Position numbers and translations under genes: made by a program
Shown: piece by piece, positions 58,691-64,000 of the stretch
Layout: each line of letters starts with the position of its first letter
Numbering within the stretch: position 1 is the stretch's first letter
The notes under the pieces: generated by a model
The model's database searches: none
Seen by the model: the letters and a program-made list of their open reading frames with translations, nothing else
What the model was told of the DNA's origin: nothing
Source: Mytilus californianus
Lineage: Eukaryota
Length of the DNA stretch: 64,000 bases
Direction of reading: 5' to 3'
Assembly (NCBI RefSeq): GCF_021869535.1
Contig: NW_026262712.1
Coordinates: forward strand, 44,020,001 to 44,084,000

Positions 58691-59750
58691 TCAAAATCTC
58701 TGGATTAATCTCCTCCTTATAGCGTTTGCCTCATTATTTTGTTGGTCGTCATTAATAATGTTATGATGCGCTAACTGTTGAATGTCCACATCTTCACTAC
58801 AAGCCTTGTTATGCAGTCTGAAACATGCCCTAATCATCTTGCAACACTTAAGAGGGTAGAATTGGAGGGATCCACCGGTTTTATGAAGACATCTGTAAAA
58901 AAAAAGTTTCACATGTTTAAATTGGTTACTTGTTTAAATTGTGAATTATTATTCCACTACTCCTACTACAGGGTTTTTTTAACGATTATTCCATCTCCTG
59001 TTGATGTAAGCAATTATAGGTCACAGTTTACATCCCTTTGCCCATTAATGTTCTTGGCATAACTCAGGAATCATCTCCTTATTAGATAAAATATATATTT
59101 CTAACTTCTATCAATGACATATATCATTTCTGGTATTTTGCTTCAATATACTCGACTGATATTGGATTATAGAAAAAAACAGGTTGTCTGGTTGGGTGGG
59201 CACATCCATTCTCACCTAAGACACTAACCCTGTTATAGTGTTGTAAAAATCAAGAATAACTTTGTTCAAGCTTAAGAGATTCTTTAATATGATTATAACA
59301 TAAGCCTGTCAAGTGGAGATGGATCGATACGTGACCTCTCATTGTTGATGGACTCAGACATTTTAATTTAAGTAAATGATGAGTCAGAGCATACATATTT
59401 GCTGTCTTCATAACGAAATTGTTTCAATTTTATAAGTCATTTGATACAGAAAGTAAGATAACAGCAAAAGAGCTTTTATCAAGTATTAAAAGATTACCTG
59501 ATGCGAGCTTTAAGCACACCAAATGCCCTCTCTACCGTGTTCCTCGTCTTGCAGTGAGACTTGTTGTAGCCTATTTCCTGCTGTGAATTGGGATTCATTA
59601 AGGGAGTCATGAGCCATCTCTTCAATCCATAGCCGGAATCCCCAAGAAGCCATCCATTCTAACCTTCCATTATTGTTGGTATATTTGAATTGGCCAGAAT
59701 GACGGCATCATGACTGGCTCCTGGCCACTTAACAACTGTGTGTGTAAAAC
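58691..59750 (-). mobile_element. Harbinger/PIF (HARBI1-like) transposase, last two exons, inactivated
   Basis: Exons 59750-59498 and 58892-58691: [40 protein letters not shown]|CLH..GG.L...C..LHN; in-frame TAG at 59661-59659. Confidence 0.9.
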
Positions 59751-59871
59751 CTTTTAAATAAATAAAAAAAACTTTATTACTAAAAAAATAATCATGATCC
59801 TAGATACTCATTTAAATGCAAATCTGACTTGGACTTTTTTCCTTGGTTTCTGTTCAGATTATGTTTATTGT

Positions 59872-60232
59872 TTTATAGTTCGTTCTTATGTTGTACTGTT
59901 ACACCACTGTCCCAGGTTAGGGAGAGGGTTGGGATCCCGCTAACATGTTTAACCCCACCACATTATGTATTTATGTGCGTGTCCCAAGTCGGGAGGCTGT
60001 AATTCAGTGGTTTTCGTTTGTTGCTGTGTTACATATTTGTTTTTGTTCATTTTTTGTACATTAATTAGGCCGTTAGTTTCTCGTTTGAATTGTTTTACAT
60101 TTGTCATTTCGGGGCCTTTTTTCCCTGAACATGCGGTATGGGCTTTGCTCATTCTATAGTTGTTGATTTCTTTGTCATTTGGTCTCTTGTGAAGAGTTGT
60201 CTCATTGATAATCACACCACATCTTCTTTTTT
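59872..60232 (+). repeat. Family B 3' remnant
   Basis: ttatagttcgttcttatgttgtactgttacaccactgtcccagg...gtctcattgataatcacaccacatctt. Confidence 0.85.
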
Positions 60233-61119
60233 TATATTGAATAATCTGCCTAAAGGATTTAAAACCGAGCACTTGCACGTTAGAACCCCTTACAATAACT
60301 TTTTGATTCATCCTACACACGCATAATACATTTGCCACTTGACCTTAAGCAATCAATAATTACTCAATCAAGATACTTGCTAAGGGATTGACAAGGGTAC
60401 ATGTACTCGACATACGATTGCAGAAAGTAAGCTTCAATATATTAAATCAAATTTCCTGGTTTTGAAATGTTTGTGTTGGAGCGTTCCTAATGTAAAAGTA
60501 GGTAAATCTACAAAAACACTTCGGACAGACGACATTTAGTAAGCTTGCACTAGGTGGATTCCGCTTCTATAGGATTGTTAGTCCCCGAGGGTATCATCAC
60601 TTATTTAAAAATCCTCATTCATAAATAAAAAATTTATTAAAAGTGTTCGGTTCTAAATCCTTTAGGCAGATACGTGTACGGCTTAGATGAATGTGGCTAT
60701 TCTGTTCTGTTGATGTCCTTTTCGATCATATAGCTCATAACGTAACAGCGTGTTTATGGATCCCTAATTTTTGAAATATTAAGTTGAGAGTTCTTGTTGA
60801 CAGTAAATCAAGAAAAGCGCTTCGGACGCACGAATTTACAAGTTGTTTATTACAACTACTAGCACTGTGTCAATACCTTTGCTAGTAGACTGATTTTAAT
60901 AAGCTCATGATAAGTATTTAGTGCTTCCATACGGAAAGGCTTCATAACATATTCTATCTAAAATTCCCAGTGTATGAATTTAGAGATTATTAAAAGAAAA
61001 TGGATACTAACTCCCTCAGATAACGTAGACTTTTTGCTATTCTGTTTGATATGTCCTTTTTGGTCATAAAGCACCTAACGTTGCATTGTATCTCCCCATC
61101 TCTGGTTATCAAATGTTTA

Positions 61120-61285
61120 CCTTTGGAAGAGGGACGAAAGATACCAGAGGGACAGTCAAAGATCGAAAACAAACTGACAACGCCATGGTCAAAAATAAAA
61201 AGACAAATAGACAAATAATAGTACAGATGACACAACACAGAAAACTAAAGACTAAGCAACACGAACCCCACCAAAAACTGGGGTG
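61120..61285 (-). repeat. Family C 3' remnant
   Basis: gaggg.cgaaagataccagagggac...gacaacgccatgg...aagactaagcaacacgaaccccac. Confidence 0.8.
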
Positions 61286-62459
61286 TGTACCTTTGAGTGT
61301 ACCTGATGGAGTAATTTAGAAAAAATCTTTTTAAAATATTATTTATTAAAAATGACTGTAAACGGCAGGTCAAAGAATAAGTTTGCTTTTGTTATTGTTT
61401 TGGAAAGACATTTTAATTTCACTGCATTGGAACATCGAATTCTAACTTTATTTCGAATTTAAGTGATTATAGTTATTGTTAATTTACAACGATGAACATA
61501 TGAATTTCAGTTAAGAGACATGATTTGGGAGAATGAGTGGTGTTTACGTCCGTTTGGAAGGGATGTTTAAATTTGCAGCTATATTCGGTCAGATGAGGAA
61601 CGTTTAATTCGATGCCTCTAGTACAGGTGAAAAGCTGTCTGCACGTTTAAGAACCCTATAAACAACTTTTCCGTGGTTGCAGTTGACATGATGCAAGGCA
61701 TTGTGTCTGTCCTTATCCAACATACAATTGATTTTCAGTGGCATTTCAAAATTTCCCACCCTCTATACTTGCTTTACCGATTTTCAGAAACCACCTTTTT
61801 TAATAGTAATAGTTTCTACTCATTAATATGTATGATATTGCTACGTTAATCAAGTAATATTCAATCAAACAATGAATCAACAGAAAGGTAATACGATTTT
61901 ATTCTTTAAAAAATACAACTCTTAACATTTACGCAATTCACTATCATGAATAGGTTCACTATCACGATGTCTAAATCGAGAAATGGGGAATTTTAAAAAA
62001 CAAATTGAACATATATATTATATTTATGTACATCCATATGAAAAAATACGATACAATCTAAAATAGAGTGACTACCAAGCGCTTTAAGCTGACATTACAA
62101 CGTTTGATACATTATGGGTTCAAATGATCAATAATGATGGCAAGATACGTCTTTCGTTTATGTTTATACTTAATGGAATCAAAAGATGAACAAGAAAAAA
62201 GAAATAATTCTAGATATACATGCGATAATTGATTCCTGAGATGCTAAAAAAAGAAAAAGAATTCGTTTATACATAAACACATGTTATTTAAAAGAACAAA
62301 CCTATAAGATGATTAAACATAATTCACCTGCGGGAAACCGTAACCTGTTTACCATAGTTAAAATTGGCAGACATAAAAAAAATATCTTGCGAGAAATGTT
62401 CGAAACCATAGAAAACATATCTCCATAATTCCACGTTTCGCTAAATAGATGTTTCAGCT

Positions 62460-62640
62460 TCTTAATTGTAAACTTTTCATTTCTATATAGCAACGGTTTA
62501 ACAGCGCCGGCTTACGGAATATGCGTCTCATATCCTTGATTAAAGATTGCTGCTTACAATGAAGTTTTTGTTACCAAGAGTTTAAAGTGTAAGAAAATAT
62601 TTTTTCCTATCGACAATTTACTTCAGATATAAGGTTTACT
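62460..62640 (+). mobile_element. Small Naiad-type RT fragment
   Basis: IVNFSFLYSN..APAYGI, matching the FPIVNFPFLxSNIPxxPAYGVY motif. Confidence 0.5.
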
Positions 62641-63127
62641 TAATCCAAAATCCTGAAAAAATTGTGTGGTTTAAGGGTACAATAGTAATTTTAGTATATT
62701 TTTGTTTCGGACTCTGTATATTTTTAGCTACTGTCCCATATGCGAATATCTAAAATAAACTCACGGTAGATTGACGGTCGTAGCGTGTGGGACAATTGGG
62801 TCGGCTTGACATCATAACTAAAATATAATACGCGTATTGATATATTGCTGGAGATGAATCCTATCTGTGATATGAAAGGGAGCGTTAAAATAAAATCAGT
62901 AGAAAACAGAAACACAAACGTTGTTAACTCATAATAAAAAAATAGTAATATAATATGATCTAACCGAATGCACTGCCAGGTTATGTGCTTTTTTCGCTCC
63001 ATACAAATTTTTATATGCTATGGCATGGGTTTCATTAAACAAGTCACCCCTTGTTGATGAGTAATTATTAAAATATATTTAAACTATTGAACAAAGGAAA
63101 TAGTATATGATTAATAAAAAAAATAGA

Positions 63128-63530
63128 AAAATAAATTGATTGATTGATTGTTGGTTGCTTAATGTCTAGTGGCAAATATTTCATGCATATTCAAGACGAG
63201 AACAAATTAACAATAAATACAATAGGTAGGTTCTTTAATAGGGGCGTCCGGGATTAAGGTCCTGCCACGGGAAATGAGGGTATATTGGATAGGGACAGAA
63301 ATTTAGCCTTGCAACAGGTCACTTCGGACCCCTCAAAGAGTTGTTGCAAGGGTTCTTCACGTGCAAAGAGCGTGGCATTTTCTTTACACGAGGCATCGGA
63401 TTTAACGTCCCCATTCTGACCGGACGTGGCTGCAAATTTGTACATCCCGCACAGCCAAACGGACGCCCCACTTTAGCAAGGGCTTAACTGCCGGTCGGAA
63501 GAAGACCAATGGTGACCATACTTCTATTCC
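63128..63530 (-). mobile_element. Mollusc SINE-like repeat
   Basis: (GATT)n tail, gtctagtggcaaatatttcatgcatattcaagacgagaac block; homologous to 9495-9850. Confidence 0.75.
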
Positions 63531-64000
63531 CCAGTCACCCTTGGGGGTCTAGAAAAATAAATGAAAACATTCAAAACAAAAACTTAGAGAAATCAACATC
63601 TATGTGTATCTAGTCTTCAAAAATACAGTTACATTACTTATCAGTTATCTATACTTTCATGTGTTTGTCTTTACCTACTGCGGTTGATTTGAAAATGAAG
63701 AATCCGTTATTCATAATATTGAAAGGCTATACAGAGTCTACGAGACATCAACCCAAGAAGAATAAATTGCCTGTAAATCCAAAATGATATGGAGATTATT
63801 ATACCGTGTGACACAATAATCTCTACACAAAATCCTAAAGTTGGTTCGAGACTAGAAAAATAATAATGAACATTACATACAGACTATCAATGATCTGCAA
63901 TGAACACCAAACTCCGCAAAATGACAAAGAAACACAATCAAATTTGAAGGGAGCAATTTTTCTGACATGTTTGGGGTTGCTGCTTGTATTTTCTACTTTT

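Noticed and set aside
63680-64000. Short stretches with coding-like composition at the window end
   Set aside because: Stops in all frames and no recognisable motif

Overview
AT-rich, intron-rich eukaryotic DNA. The repeat families, PLE reverse transcriptases and Mab-21 gene type point to a bivalve mollusc, most likely a Mytilus mussel (inference). Genes: one intact 6-exon gene on the minus strand (6162-14022) encoding a 420-aa secreted FG-GAP/VCBS-type beta-propeller protein; a gamma-glutamyltranspeptidase (GGT) pseudogene (22273-33068, +) with frameshifts, a stop, a dead donor and missing internal exons; a cGAS-like/Mab-21 receptor pseudogene (40649-41920); and a small spliced orphan gene (45365-46536). 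There are also decayed duplicate exons of the FG-GAP and GGT genes. The rest is nested mobile DNA: Naiad-type Penelope-like elements (GIY-YIG N-terminal to RT) and their many 3' remnants, a canonical Penelope RT fragment, an IS3EU-like transposase, an ISL2EU-like DDE+SWIM transposase split by a CACTA-type element, a two-gene Harbinger element, Helentron-type elements with tandem arrays, Kolobok-type MITEs and tRNA-derived SINEs. The most striking hand-read signals are three type I hammerhead ribozyme motifs on the minus strand. One is in a TSD-flanked retrozyme-like insert, in sense orientation just after the exon-2 splice donor of the intact gene. One terminates a decayed zinc-finger ORF cassette. 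One is catalytically dead. All calls are from manual reading; no searches or folding programs were run.
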